Assembly (NCBI RefSeq): GCF_041260155.1
Contig: NW_027248355.1
Location: 2,388,078 to 2,452,077 of the forward strand
Reading direction: 5' to 3'
DNA: 64,000 nt
Origin: Ptychodera flava
Lineage: Eukaryota
A program made the position numbers and the translations under genes. The notes below the pieces were generated by a model, which had not been told where the DNA came from, ran no database searches, and worked only from the letters and a program-made list of their open reading frames with translations. Position 1 is the stretch's first letter. The number at the start of each line of letters is the position of its first letter. Shown one piece after another: positions 11,666 to 25,248 of the stretch.

Positions 11666-12842
11666 GTAAGCTGCATTCATCTTAGCCACCAACTGAATTC
11701 GTTTTCTAAATAAGTATTCCGTTTAAAATGAGGAAGGATTGACAAGAATCCTATTTTTCAGTTTTTAGCGTGCAAAGTCCAATTTCTCTCTTCAACTTCG
11801 ATATATTTATTATTTTTTATTTATTTATTCTTTATTTCAGACTGAAATGTCCATATAAGGAAAATACAAAAGGAAGCACCTGAAAAATTCTCTCAGTCCC
11901 TGGAATATATGCTTTTTGCTCAAAAGTTCACAATTTGAAAAAAAAATACACGCCAGAGGAAAAAAAATATTATTTGCCACAACTTTCTACTTTTACAGAT
12001 TAAATTTGCATTCAAAACATAGTGCTTCATAACTTTAGCATGTGTAACCGTGCCCTCGTCGTTTCGATTTCCACCTTTTATCGATAGTGTGTCATATTTT
12101 AAAGATTGTATGTTTTCTTCAAGCTAGGCAGTTTGTAGTTAGGCAGTTTGTCTCGAATCATCGGAATGAGAAGTTCTCCGTATCATCGGAATGAGAAGTT
12201 CTCCGTAAGCGTTCTCTTCTTTACCAAGTGATTGTAAACCGCGAATACAACCTTCCAAGGTGTAGTAAAACATTCTCAGACTGTTAGATGTCACTAGTAG
12301 GTTGAGGTATCTGCCACAGTGTCGTCATGTGCGTATCAATGATCAAATGATTCTGTCCATGGCGTTCGATGAGTAGTTCTAAAGCACAATCACGGTTTGA
12401 GTTTGTCAGGGTGACGAGACCACTAATGGCACGGGCAGCTTCGTTGGTTAAATTGCTGCGTAAGTATGTGAATGTTCTCGAGGCTGCTATCGTTATGGAC
12501 GGGTGATTTGAAAGTGTCGTAAAAACTCACCCATTCGAGTACGTTTCCAGAAAATGTTTTCAATTGGAACTTCGGTAATGCGACCGTTTACTTCAACGTG
12601 TTTTTAGTAGCGTTGGCGGTATTCACTGATGAACCATTTGCATTGACCGGTTTGTTGTTTCTAATGAAATCAGTGATCTTGTCATTTCTCTCGAATATCT
12701 CGGACATGTAGTCGCCGGATTCTTCGCTTGCAGCATTGTAGCTTGGGCCTCGTCGGTATTATCTAACATGTTTTCTTCGATCTTCTGTCTATTACTATAT
12801 AAAGTTTAAATAAACTGTGATTTGTCTTCCACATGTCTGAGG

Positions 12843-13712
12843 CAGTAAAAAATGACACGAATGCTGGTACTACGCAAGGAACAGGCGATATAGTGTAATG
12901 ACCGATTTATCATATACCAGTCCCCTAAATTTTACTTATGCTTAAAAAGGCCTTAAATTTTGAGGCTTTACTTTATTTCGCCTTGCACATAAACGTCGAA
13001 ATATTTGTGCGAACAGGTTTCATTTATAAACTATAAGCGTCCTTACAAGGACCTTACCAAGAAGTCAACATCACGAGCGACATCACTGCAAGTCCCAATA
13101 TCTCAATGAACCCTTAAAAGACAGACACCGGGATTCAAAAGTCGTTGTACAGGAACTTTTTAGGGCAATACGCTATTACAATTGCAACATATCAAAAATT
13201 GTCCTCTCCTTTAAATCTATCCTGATTTCGATCGCGCTCTGTCGTCGTACGATACAGAGAGTGACCTCCAGTTTGTTTGTTATACAGAGAGTTGCCACAT
13301 CAACAGGTGTCGCGCTCGTGACATCGCTGTGACGCCACGCGCTTGCTACTTGTGCGGAGGTATACCGTGCCGTGCGAACGGCGGATGTTTGATCGAGCTT
13401 ATCTGAAAAAATACAAGAAATTTAACAGAAAAACCATGAGAAGACTCGACATGTTAGTTCCGAAATTAGCAACCCGAAATATCATTGTTCCTCAAAGTCC
13501 TTCAATTTTTACGTCGGCGGCACCGATCTCCGCAGGCGGAGATAAGCAGGTACTTTGTTTGTTTACGTAATTTACCATCAAATTGCTGCAAATATAGTTC
13601 GGGAACACTCCAAAACCGATGATGTTTATCGCGCATATCTCGATGTTTACCTTCATATATCACGGCTGATATTTTACGGTAAACTTTACTAGGATGAGTG
13701 GATATGGACATT
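12843..13712. mobile_element. Orthologous copy of the intron-1 insertion in paralog B. An additional B-specific block of about 730 bp sits at 12110-12840, with short internal tandem duplications at 12121-12200.
   Basis: Homology of 12930-13720 to A 600-1380. The 3' end ggatgagtggatatggacattgg matches the A terminus. Confidence 0.45.
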
Positions 13713-13960
13713 GGTATAATATGTATCTATCATTGTACTCGTCCATGCACTAATTGATTGCTTGTTTTCATTACTCAACAGGTTTTTTAAGACCAAAATT
13801 TATATCTTTTGTAATTGATGCAATTTTGCAAGAGGAAATAATGAGATGCTATAATGAATGATCAAAAGATACAAACCAAAATGATGCATACCCATATGTT
13901 TGGGATATAGCTATTACACTAGCCTTACCCCCAGCGTCAATATTGATGTTCAAATTGCAG

Positions 13961-14169
13961 ATATGAAACCATTATGACCAACGTGCGTGCCTGTTCCTTG
14001 CTTGCTTTTTTGTGGTTATGGTCCTTGATTGTGAGCATCCTGCCGATGATTGGCTGGCGTAAACCGGAAGCCGCCATATTAATGACGCCATTGTCTGGAA
14101 GCTGCAGGTTCGGCCTCTTCCTTGTGGAAAGTTATGCAGTTGCCATAAGTGTTAGCACTTCTGTTGCAG
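13961..14169 (+). CDS. GPCR paralog B exon 2
   Basis: Acceptor attgcag|AT at 13959-13960 and donor CAG|gtttgt at 14170-14171. Splicing gives ...YALR-YETIMTNVRACSLLAFLWLW... with W4.50. Confidence 0.85.
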
Positions 14170-14283
14170 GTTTGTAATTCTGTTTGCTCGACTGTTCTGT
14201 ATTTTAGAATTCGCATATGGATATGATAAATAGTCTTTAGTCGTCAGGTGGCGTAAGTACCTTTATCTATTTCTATTTTTCAG

Positions 14284-14684
14284 TTGCTACCATGTTCATA
14301 CTGTACGGTTGTATATTCAAATATGCGCGGCAACAAATTCGCAAAATTCGTGCAACCGCTGTGACCCAGGAAACGACCCAGAATTCGTCCCAAGAATCCA
14401 AGCTGAAGCAGAACATACGGGCGACAATTGTCCTGTTTGCGATAATGGGTTGCTATCTGCTGTGTATGATTCCGTCCAATGTGGTCCTAGCCATAGAATT
14501 CGTCGGAGACGGTGACACGGCTAACAACGTGCCTTACTTCGCGGGCACGGTGGTGGCGTTCTTCAACTCTGCTTTGAACCCAATAATATATGGAAGTTGC
14601 AACCGACCATTAAGACTGGCGATCAAGTCCCGACTTCTTCTTATTTGCTGCAAGAGGAAACCAACGCACAATCTCACTGCATAA
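14284..14684 (+). CDS. GPCR paralog B exon 3 including stop
   Basis: Acceptor tttttcag|TT at 14282-14283. Intron 2 is only 114 nt here. ORF 14292..14684. Carries GCYLLCMIP, NPIIY and CCKRK. Confidence 0.85.
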
Positions 14685-17589
14685 TCATCGGGCAATTTAA
14701 TTTTTTTGTACAAAGTTCTGCGAGATGTCCGTGATTTTTTTTTATTTATATATTTATAAAAGGAAATGATTTCAGATTTCTTAGAGAAAGTTTCACCAAA
14801 ATATTAAGTTTTCATAATTTAGAGTTATACAACATTAATGACATTTACTGAGATATAGCCGTTTTGTATTTGTATTTGTCGTAATGTAAGATCATTTTAA
14901 TTTTTCAAAAAACAGTTACGAAACTAACAATACTGCTGTAAATCAGCGAATTTTTAAGTTTCCTGTAACGTAATGTTTTAAGATTTGGTTATTGAACTTG
15001 GTTTAACTCGATGAATTTCTAAAACATAAAATTATTTGCAGTAGTTTTCCTTATGTCTCTCCTATTTCATACAAACCTATTTGGGATTTGGCAGCCCAAG
15101 CAAGGTTTTCCTAGTGATTGAACGCGTTACCTTTTAGTGTACGCAGTTGTTAATCTGTTTGTGCCGGTGATTCCGGGAGAAACTCCCCTGTATAGCGTTC
15201 AAATTTACCCCAATCATCGCGTTTACCTTACTCACGTGCTTCACATTAAAACAGAACACAAATCATTGCGTTTACTCTACTCAAACATTCACAAATCACA
15301 GACTTGAACCAAGTCTATTTCGTTACGTGTGAAAACTCATACGGTAATGAAACACTCATATAGGAATAATAAAATTTCTAATACAACGTCGCTTCCAAAC
15401 AAAAAATATTGATGTGAGTGTCAAAAAACATGCGTAGTAATAACCTCATCATCGAATGCAGGTGCGCATGTGGCTTGAGCAGATCGTAGCTTATTACTTT
15501 AAGAGTCCGACCTTTGAAAAATATTGCAATTAAAATCGCTCATGCTACGTAAATTTGTGACGAAAATAACTTTTCTTATCAAAGCAACGAGGTAGCAATT
15601 TCCGTGCCTCTCACATGCCTGGTAGCTACGTAGGGAGGCTAATATTGCAACCTGATCATGAAACTGAAAGATGTGACGTAACCCCGATTAGCTGTGTTAT
15701 ACGCTGTCGTGAAGCATGCCTAGCTTTAGAGAATGTTCAGTAGGGAGAAGCGAAGGCCGACAAAGTCAATGGAAATGTAATATCAAAGATAGGAAATCTG
15801 CCACGGAGATTATGCCTTTTTCAAACAGCGCACGGTCAAATGATTTCAAAAATATACACTGTTGATGATGCTGTCACAAATCTTTGTTTCAGTGTAAAAA
15901 TATTCCGAACAAAAAAACAGTCATTTTCCTTGAGTTTTCATTCTCTGAATACAGCATACAACAATCTAAATACATATATATCAATCTTACCAGCTTTTTG
16001 CCAACGTACCAATCAATGTCTATAGGCATACCAGAGATTTTAAGAGCACAGTTTGAATGGCGGGTTCTTGGCGTGCCGTGGCTGACGTTAGCGAAAGCAT
16101 AAGTTCACGCTAGGAGATATGGCTTACCTTATACCTTTATACGGGGCCAATGAACGACAAATTGTGGCATAAATTATTTTCCATCTCTTATGGGATTGTA
16201 CAAAGTAACATCTTGTCGGGTAAAATGTTTTGGCATGTTTTGCACTAAATGTATTTGAAGTTTCAATGTCAAGAGCTTTTTCAAAAACATGTTGGAAGTT
16301 TTAACCTATGAAACAGCCCATGTGAGGGCGCTGTTTTTAAATAGCGGCCAGCCGCCTAAAATCTGATTTGTTAGATTTTCTCTTTCTTTAGTAACTGTGG
16401 CAAAGTTGGTACAGGTAACAGTATACCTTTAACCTATGAAACACAGCTGAGCCAGAACCTCATTCATTGTGGCACCAATTGCAGAAGACATGATTTGATA
16501 CAAATTACTGACATATGATAGTGGACAAAAATTATCTTTAATCCATGGGGAATCGATATCATGTAAAATCTATTCAGAATGATACATTTATTACACTGAA
16601 TTTATCTGAAAATTCAATTAATAACCTTCTCATGAATTTTCGGGAGATACTTACCTTTGAGATATGGCTTAACCTGTAGGTTATATATTGACGCTTCATA
16701 GAACACAAGAAGGTAATTATCGAAATAGATGGTTTTGCTGCATTTACTAGTAGGATCAGTATTTAAGTAAGATCTAATGAGGATATTAGATTTATTGCAA
16801 TAGCTATATTTGAAGTTTCTACATCGGCAGCTTTGTAATAAAAATGTTGGAAGTGTTTACCTATGCGACATTGCTTCAGCTACACCTTATACATCTGGAG
16901 CCCCAATTATGACACAAAACATATGATAGTTGACACAAGATTTTTAACTTTATGATGGATCAATAAATGTAAGATCTAATTACAATAATTAATTTATACG
17001 CTTGCGTCTCTGCAGTACGATAAGAACAAAGCCATTGCAATCCTATGATGCTTGTGATTGCATCAATCCTCGCCATTTCCCAGCTTCAATAGTTTTTACT
17101 TTAATCAAGATTTGAAATCAATACAGTTGTAATGAAATTACTAAGAAAAATGGGAAAAAACCTGGCAGCACAAGTAGATTGTTTGGGCTATGGAATGAAG
17201 CGTATTACATATGCGCTTTGACGAAGAGGAATATCTTTAAATTGTCTTTTTCAAAAAATCAACTAGTATGAACCGCAACAGTGACTGCGCGAGCTTATTG
17301 ACTCAGTGCTATCGTGGTAATATTTGACTCCTAATTATTTGTGTAACTCGGTCAATTTATAATGACTTTTATCTCTCCAAGATTTGACCCCTGGTTTTTT
17401 TGTTTGAAGAGAATGGTTCAACGCATCCTTCAGGAAAATTTGAGCAAAAGTTTAAATATTCCTCCTGCACTACAGGCTTTAAGCTGCCATTTGCAAATAT
17501 TCCCTACATCAAGTTCACAGTTGGTGTCTTTGGTAGTGTATAATCAAGGTAGAAACGCACCTCGGGACAGACATTCGGACTCTAAAACT

Positions 17590-17900
17590 TTTACAATTTT
17601 CTTCTGATATACCACATGTGGGAGTTCATTTTAAAGCTCTTGGTGAAAGAAAACTTTTCACCGGCTTAGTTTATCGATATTCGAAAATTTTTGTTTTTCT
17701 CCATAGAGTTAACACATAGATGGCGGCCATTTTGAATTTCTAATATTGGTAAATCTTGGGTTATTTGTTTCTCCATTACCAAAATTTGCACCGTGACCCC
17801 CTATTTTTATTCTTGATTTTGAAAGAGAATGATTGAAAGATCTCTTGAGGAAAGTTAGAGCAAACGTTTAAGTCTTTCACTTTCGAGGTGCATACTACCT
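17590..17900 (-). repeat. Copy of a SINE-like interspersed repeat family R, about 370 bp in consensus, in minus orientation.
   Basis: Reverse complement aligns with 35265-35640 and 61305-61680 (…atatttgaaattcaaaatggccgccatc.atgtgt.aactctatgg.gaaaaa…aactaagacgg…ccacaagt…). Confidence 0.6.
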
Positions 17901-19039
17901 TAAGATGTTACTTTAAAACTTGTACAAATGTATTCAAACCACTTATATTTTAGAGTAGTTGTTAAAATGCCAAAGTGATAATAATAAATCTTAAATGTTA
18001 TCAAAAACTGCCAAACATGTAAATTACATGCTTTCGTTATTTTTGTTTGGGAGACTCGAGAAATGAGCGGTCGTTTGTTGTACTGTTAAGAAAAGTTGAT
18101 TTCATGTTTGATGGAAAAAATCGGCATATCTGAAGAAGTACTGTGTCATATTCTTTCATACCGTGCCTTCCATGGTGAAAAAATACAAGCTTGTCCCTGA
18201 GAGAGGGTGGTGTTAAACCGGTACTACAGGAACCATCTCACATTTATCAAAATAGGAGAAATCATTGTCCATTCTGTCAAAAGGTAAACAGCTGTACTTG
18301 ATGAAGTCAAACCCTAGTGATTTCCCCGCGTAGCATACTATAAGGTTATTCAAAAAATACCGGGCTTTATGTGCGAATACACCATATAATTGAGGTAAGC
18401 TTATTGTCCTCGATGCTATGCATCTCGGTCAATACCGACGCGAAGGATGTACGAGGGCCTAAATCCCTGTATTTTGTGAATAACCTTATTATTATTTACC
18501 TTTTAGTCCGATTTTACCAGAAGAAAGCTTTTAGGATGCTCCACTGACCGATCGCGAGCAGACTGAAAATACATTCAGCGAGTCCGCTAAGAACCCAGAA
18601 CGAAACCCTAACCCATCCACCCACCCAGCGCAGTGCACATGGAGTTCAGTGGCATAATAATTTCACTCAAAGTCACAGGTTTTGGACTGTCCATTATTCA
18701 CTACGTGAATTATTAAATGTTTATACGTATTTTTTTGTGTGTGAAAAATGTAAAATATTATCTTGTTTCCCGCGCTGACGTAAAGGTGAATTGGAGTGAA
18801 AGGTCAAATAGAGTACGTCCAATAACACCTGAAGTTATTTTACTCTGAGTCAAAGTTATTGGACTCCGCGTCCTCTGATACCGATACCTATCGTACGACA
18901 AAACTTCATAAGTTACAGACGCAGGTGTATAATAGTGTTTATTATCGCATTATCGTCAAAAGTTATGAATCACAGGTTCTCTCACAAATGACAACCTCCA
19001 TCATTCAACAGTAACCTGTGCTGACCTATTATCTATTCG

Positions 19040-19740
19040 GTGTGTTCGCTTGTCTTCAGCGCCGTGTTGTAGTGACCTTTGTATTTTTCAAAGATGCCCG
19101 CAACACTGGATATTGATGAAATGCGTTTGTATCTCAGATATTGTGAAGTATAGACCCCTTTTGAAAGCGTTTCTCTCCAAGTTCAAGAAATTTCTTGCCA
19201 ATATCAGTTTCCTAAAAGATTAATTATGTCAAGATCAACCAATCCATGTGGAGAAACAATAACAGGAAGGTTTCCTTACTTGGTTCGAACCTGCTGTCAG
19301 CAAGAACGTTGAAACTTATATCGGCAATACATTTCTTCAGCTTATTGACAAACTCTTTTCAAATTGGTCTAAACTTCACCAGATCTTCTGCAGGAAGACG
19401 ATTAAAGGGAATTACAGTTGTATGAAGAATATGGCAAGTTTAATCAAATCGCACTTTAGGAGAATAATCACCGCAGACCATCGTAAAGATCAACCACCTG
19501 ATCGTAATTGCCGGGCCCCTTGAGGGGTAACTGTTAAGAGGCTTGGTTTACAAGGCCAAGGTATCTACGGGAGACAATACGGAGAAGGTTTACAGCTGCC
19601 TCACTGATAACACCTTCAACATGCGCTTCACTAACCATATGCAATCGTTCCGTAAGGGCAAATACAGGAATAGTACAGAGATGTCAAAGTTTATTTGGAA
19701 CTTAGAAGACAGGGACCATGTCTTTGACGTCTGGTAGTCA
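19040..19740 (+). mobile_element. B-unit copy of the same TE fragment. ORF 19543..19737 encodes an intact GIY-YIG-like domain (VYKAKV...KVYSCLTDNTFNMRFTNHMQSFRKG...NSTEMSKFIWNLED).
   Basis: Matches the GIY-(x10)-YIG-T-(x5)-R-(x3)-H-(x3)-F pattern of GIY-YIG nucleases. Followed by CxxC...H-rich sequence. Confidence 0.5.
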
Positions 19741-20062
19741 ATAATTGATAAATCATAGAGTTACTCTAACATAAACAAGCGGTGTAGTCTTTGTATATCA
19801 GAAAAGCTGCACATTATCAATGTTGACAGATTCGCTGTTAAACAAACGCTCTGAGTTGGTTTCAAAATGTCGTCACAAAAACAAATATTATTTTATCAAA
19901 TTTACCACCACCTACGAATAGAATGGTTTGTCCGAAACATAGAAATGAGGGTGTACAGCCAGGAATCCTTTCACTTCTGTCTGAAGATTGCACGACGCAT
20001 TAAACATAGGTAACAGATAATTACTTTGTACTTGAAGTAATCTGTATATATTTCTGTAATCA

Positions 20063-20900
20063 TGTCCAAAATTCTGTTAGTAGTCATCAGCATGGATTTG
20101 TACGGGGGCGTTGTACTACAACAAATCTAGTTTCGTACACTGATTACATTGCAAATGTTATAAATGTACGTGGACAGGTAGACTCAATCTATCTGGATTT
20201 CAGCAAAGCTTTCGATAGCGTCAGTCATCCTCCTTTGCTTCATAAATTAACTTACTATGGTGTGAGCGGTAACAGTTTTAGGTGGTTTGAGTTATACTTA
20301 GACAAAAGAGTTCAACATGTGACCCTAAATGGGCATTTTTCGAACTGGAGTATTGTTACATATGGTGTCCCTCAGGGATCTCAACTAGGACCTCTCTTAT
20401 TTATTTTATATATAAACGATCTCAGTACTAAGGTAACTTTCAATTCAATGTCTCTGTATGCTGATGACTCCAAGTTGTATTAGTGTATCACACGTACATC
20501 AAATTATAGTAACTTACAAAATGATCTTGATATTGTCGAAAATTGGCGTAAAAGCTTGAAACATAATCTGAATTACAAGAAATGTATGGTTATCTCATTT
20601 ACTTTGAAAAAAGCACCTATTTTACATGACTATACACTTAACGATTTCACTCTTTCTAGAGTTGATACAGTTAAAGATCTGGGAGTATACTTAACCTACA
20701 ATCTTAATTATGCTACTCATGTTGACCATATAGCTATCAAGGCTTTCCAACTGTTAGGTTTTCTTAAGAGGACCTCTCAAGATTTTCAAGACATCAAAAC
20801 TTAAAGAACTGTGTATACCACTATTGTAAGGCCCCATTTGGAGTGTGCCAGTCGAATATGGTCCCATATCAAAAGTATTTGACTGATAAACTCGAACGTG
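20063..20900 (+). mobile_element. 5'-truncated non-LTR retrotransposon (CR1/L2-like LINE) reverse-transcriptase fragment with frameshifts. It is present only in the B unit.
   Basis: RT motifs across ORFs 20235..20483 and 20556..20804 plus upstream: HGFVRGRCTTTNL, LDFSKAFDSVSH, GVPQGSQLGPLLFILYINDL, YADDSKL, and downstream a ...YTTIVRPHLECASRIW thumb. Confidence 0.75.
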
Positions 20901-21639
20901 TTCAACATCAAGTTTTAAATTATTAAATGTCTGTGTTGGAAGACTGCCATTGATTATTCTGATGACAATAAAAATTTCTAAACTCCTTTTTCCAGATGCT
21001 CAGCCAGAACCACGTCCCAAGTTTTTAGATCCATCTTTCTTTTTAAATGTATACATTCTTTTGACTACTGTTCAGATATTCTTTGTGGTATCAATCTTTC
21101 AGTATCATCTCATTCACCCAGTTTCAAAGCAACACTCAAACCATATCACTCTTCATCTTTTTTACAACGATCGATGAATCTTTCTAACAGTTTTGTATGT
21201 CAACATGACATGGATATTTTTAATTGTTCTTACCTAAAGTTTCGAAATATTATGCGTCTCGATTTACATTGTACCATATAACACTATAATGCTATTTAAT
21301 GGATGTTTTTCCAAACTAAGTTGTCTGAGGTTTTTAGCATTCAATGTTTTTATGTTGCTTCGTTTTGTTTTAATGGTATTTTGCTTAGTAGACTTTGTTA
21401 TTCTTATGGGGGCTGTAACTGGGCGTCACAATCAGAAACTTAAATAGTATGGTCTTTCGGAGAGGCCAAAACAGAAAACCTATAAACTAAACTACAATAC
21501 TTGCGTGATTCGAATGATTTGAGAAGATTGTGTGATTTGCGTACCCTTTACAACAGGTCAATAGCCTGCAGCACCTTACCTGAAGATCAGAAATTTCAGA
21601 AACGGGTCTTCCGTCAAGGCTCAATAATAGAGAACTTCG

Positions 21640-22380
21640 GCGTATAAACTAGTACGCATGGGCGTTTTGATTGGTTTGAAGGTAAACTGGTGATTTGCCG
21701 GTGCCTACCGACAGGTCGTTAACCTACAGCAGCTGAATATCTTCCACTAATTTCCCGCCTTTGGAGCATTGCTAAGCAACGAAACACGTGATGTAGATGC
21801 CTCATGCCAGGAGGCACAACTCAACACTGAATAAGGGTTGACGTATTTGAGTGAGAAATATCAGGGGTAAACTCATAATTTCGCAAAAATACGGCTAAGA
21901 CATTGGAAGACTTTTCTAATAAACCATTAACCAAATGTTTGTTGTTCATTCTACTCATTTAATATTTTGATCAGCTACACTGATGGCTGACTGACGTCTG
22001 CAAATGCAATATTGGAACTAAATGGCTGCCTTTTGTTCATATTCGCCTGTATTATGAAAAAAATGTATATAAGTGCCCGCCGCACGTACAACAGCCAGGT
22101 TCTGAAATTGTAAGCAAATGGTTACCATAATAAAAAAGAAATATTTGATAATAGTATCACTGACCTCAATGATGGCGCCACAGATCATCGCTAGCGTTCG
22201 TAGACTTTAGCTAAAAGGGAAAATAACAAAAATGACGGTCGTCAGATGGAAAAGCTGTTGATAAATGTCAACAGAAAACAACGAGGCTAGAGTGTAGAAT
22301 AGAATTGAAATAATGGATAACGTTGTGCGTAAAATATCGACAGGCTAACACGAAGGCGAATATTTTAGAAAATCCGAAAC
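21640..22380. repeat. Duplicated block of about 750 bp. The second copy is at 28700-29450, downstream of paralog C.
   Basis: Long collinear identity, for example tgatttgccggtgcctac.gac.ggtcg.taacctacagca.ctgaa and gatggcgccacagatcatcgctagcgttcgtagacttta. Confidence 0.65.
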
Positions 22381-23994
22381 ATGTTATTCAAAAGTCCAGA
22401 AAGGAGGTTTTCGACTTCATATTGAGGGGGTGGCCTTCTTGAACGTTTTGAGATATGTAGAATACAGGGAATATTTTTTTTAGAAAGTCATTGAATGCCA
22501 AAAAATTACAGGGTGGCTGGTGTTTTTATGAGGATGTTTCCATTTTTCTCGCAAGGGTTTATGAAGGGTAATTAAATTTCACGTATGCCGCTTTTGGGGA
22601 GGTAATGATTTTTACACAACTGCAAGTAGGCAAAACGCGGCCCATAAAGTATTGGCCTTGATCAGAGTGTGTAATCTCGACCTCACGTGATACCATCCTG
22701 GTTTCTTACAAACGTACGAACAATGGCAACCGTTTCCACTTATTATAAGTTTCCGAAAATTTGGATTGAAGGCCGCAAGTTGTTTACAGCTAAGCTGTGG
22801 ATTGCTGCTTCTTTGTTGCCATGTTCCTTATGATTACGCTTTCATCTTTTGTCGCCGTTTTTGATTAAAACTAATGTCACCTGCTTTCCATCAACCAGTT
22901 GATATGAATACATGCAAAAAATCCTCATTCTATAAATAGTATTTCTTGTTCTGGGCCTAACTTTTCCGTGAATTCTAATTTAATAAGTTTAATTATGATG
23001 TGACTTTAGTTGACATTTTAAATGTCGATAAAATAATGAATTCATAATACAAACACATTTTTAGAGTTCACACAAACATTAATTTAACCAGTGACTACCA
23101 CAAGTCTTTATCTTCGAAAATTTTTGCTTTGCTACGACATTCAAATAATTGTGTTTCGATGAGTTTATAAATAAGGTTTTTCTGGTTTGAATTGGTCACA
23201 TAGCCATTTTTGTACTACTGATTATTTTGGCTTGAATGTAACAGGTGAGATCCATGCTCCCCATAATTTGAATATTATTTACACGTTTATGAATGGGGAT
23301 GCGCCCTATATCCTGGGAAAAACAACAAAACACGTTGAAACGATGAATCTTTGAGTTTAACAATGGCAAAAAGGATGGAGATTGTCTGGGAAGATTTGAA
23401 ATCCAAAAATCGCTAAAGTGGTCAAATTGAGGGGAACAGTTCTGTGAGCAGTGATACACACGGGTATGGATTTTTTTCACGTCACTTTATCTGTAATGAG
23501 TTTGTGTATTGTTACACGTTACTTTGGTTTCCTGGACTAAAACGTTTGAAGCGCTTGGAGACACTTTTCTGTGTGATTTTCGCCGCAACATCCATGTCCG
23601 TTCTCTGGTTGCAAAACATTCTCTTGGCAAACTCTGTCACATTATTATTAATTTACGGTATTGTATGTCACAAAGATAGAAAGTCCCAACGACAGAACAC
23701 GGTGTTAATGATCTCACGAACCATGATTATAATTTTTCATTCCTCCTATTGTGAAGATTAAACACCTGTTTGATTGTTTATTGGGGGTCTTGAAAGACAC
23801 AGTATTTTTCGTCGAACGGATGTTGTAACATTACTTCATCGCCCAAGCCCAGGCTGTATGAAAAAGGCTTTGGTCCTTGCGCAAATCAGTGACTACGTGC
23901 ATCTAAAGCATCATTTATTATGCTTATATTTTTTTCCAGTTTCTGAACCTAAAAAATGGCAAACAGATTAATATAGACACTCCTATTCTTCACG

Positions 23995-24165
23995 AGGTTG
24001 AAAAACATGACAGTGCCTTTACAATTTCATACATAAAAAAGACGGGTTTGCGCAGTGATGAAAACTTGGCGTTATGAGCATTGCCTCAAGATGAGACACT
24101 TTTATAAGTAGAGAATCAATGTACAATAGTGACATCTACCATGCTGTAACACAAAGCTGCCAAAG
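23995..24165 (+). promoter_or_regulatory. Conserved upstream block of paralog C. TTTTATAAGTAG lies about 60 bp 5' of the ATG.
   Basis: Same conserved block as 11115-11288. The TATA-like element is clearer here, with TATAAGTA at about 24102. Confidence 0.35.
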
Positions 24166-24542
24166 ATGGACAGTAACGGAAGCACCACCAACTCGTCAAG
24201 TGGTGATGTTTCCACATACACTATGCCGGCACCAATTCTGACGATTTACCTGACTGTTGCGGCGTTCTGTGTCGTCCTGAACGCTGGCATGATTGCAGTT
24301 GTCTACATGGACAGAAAACTGCACACAATAGCCAATATAATCGTCTGCAGTATGGCGGTGACTGACCTACTCGTCGGTGTTGTCACCATTCCTCTTTACA
24401 TCGCATCAAAATTCAGCGTGTTCAGATATCTCTACCAGTGCATCTTAGCTCTCAGTTTCACAATATTTCTCGGCATTGCATCGACTTACCATTTATTGCT
24501 TGTGGCCGTTGACAGATACATTTCTATTGTATACGCGTTGAG
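24166..24542 (+). CDS. GPCR paralog C exon 1
   Basis: ATG at 24166, ORF 24166..24546, donor GAG|gtaagc at 24543-24544. The exon is 377 nt, the same length as B exon 1. Confidence 0.85.
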
Positions 24543-24656
24543 GTAAGCTGCATTCATCTTAGCCACCAACTGAATTCGTTTTCTAAATAAGTATTCCGTC
24601 TAAAATGAGGAAGGATTGGAAAGAATCTTACTTTTCAGTTTTTAAAGTGCACGGTC

Positions 24657-24660
<4 letters not shown>

Positions 24661-24737
<77 letters not shown>
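24661..24737. repeat. (CT)n microsatellite in intron 1 of paralog C. It is expanded relative to tctctctt at the homologous A and B positions.
   Basis: Direct read. Confidence 0.95.
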
Positions 24738-24739
<2 letters not shown>

Positions 24740-25248
24740 ATATATTTATTTTCCACAACGTTCTTCTTCACAGATTAAATTTACATTCAAAACACAGTAC
24801 TTCATAATGTTATCATGTGTAACCGTTTTTTCAAGAAATCAATCATTTGTTGCCTTCTTTAGTCTAATTTCATTTGCCACTTTTTATCGATAGCATGTCA
24901 CATTTTAAAGATTTTTGTTTTCGTCACGCTATCGCTGTTCTATTAAGAAATAGATGATGTATAGTTAGAATAATCAGTTAATCAATCGAATATGTACATA
25001 ATTGAATACATAATATTATATTTATTATTGTACTCGTTCATGCACTAATTGATTGCTTGTTTGATTACTCGGCAGTTGTTCACGGCTAAAATGTATCTTT
25101 TGTAGTTGACTATAATCTTGCAAGAGAAATGAATGAAATGCTATAATTTTTAAAAGGTACAAGCCAAAATGATGCATACCCATATGTTTGGCTCACTGCT
25201 AGTACACTAGCCTTACCCCCAGCGTCAATATTGTTGTTCACATCGCAG

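Noticed and set aside
14309-14515. Nested ORFs 14309..14515 and 26148..26354 inside GPCR exon 3
   Set aside because: These are alternative frames of the true exon. The other frame carries the TM6/TM7 motifs and is the one supported by splicing.
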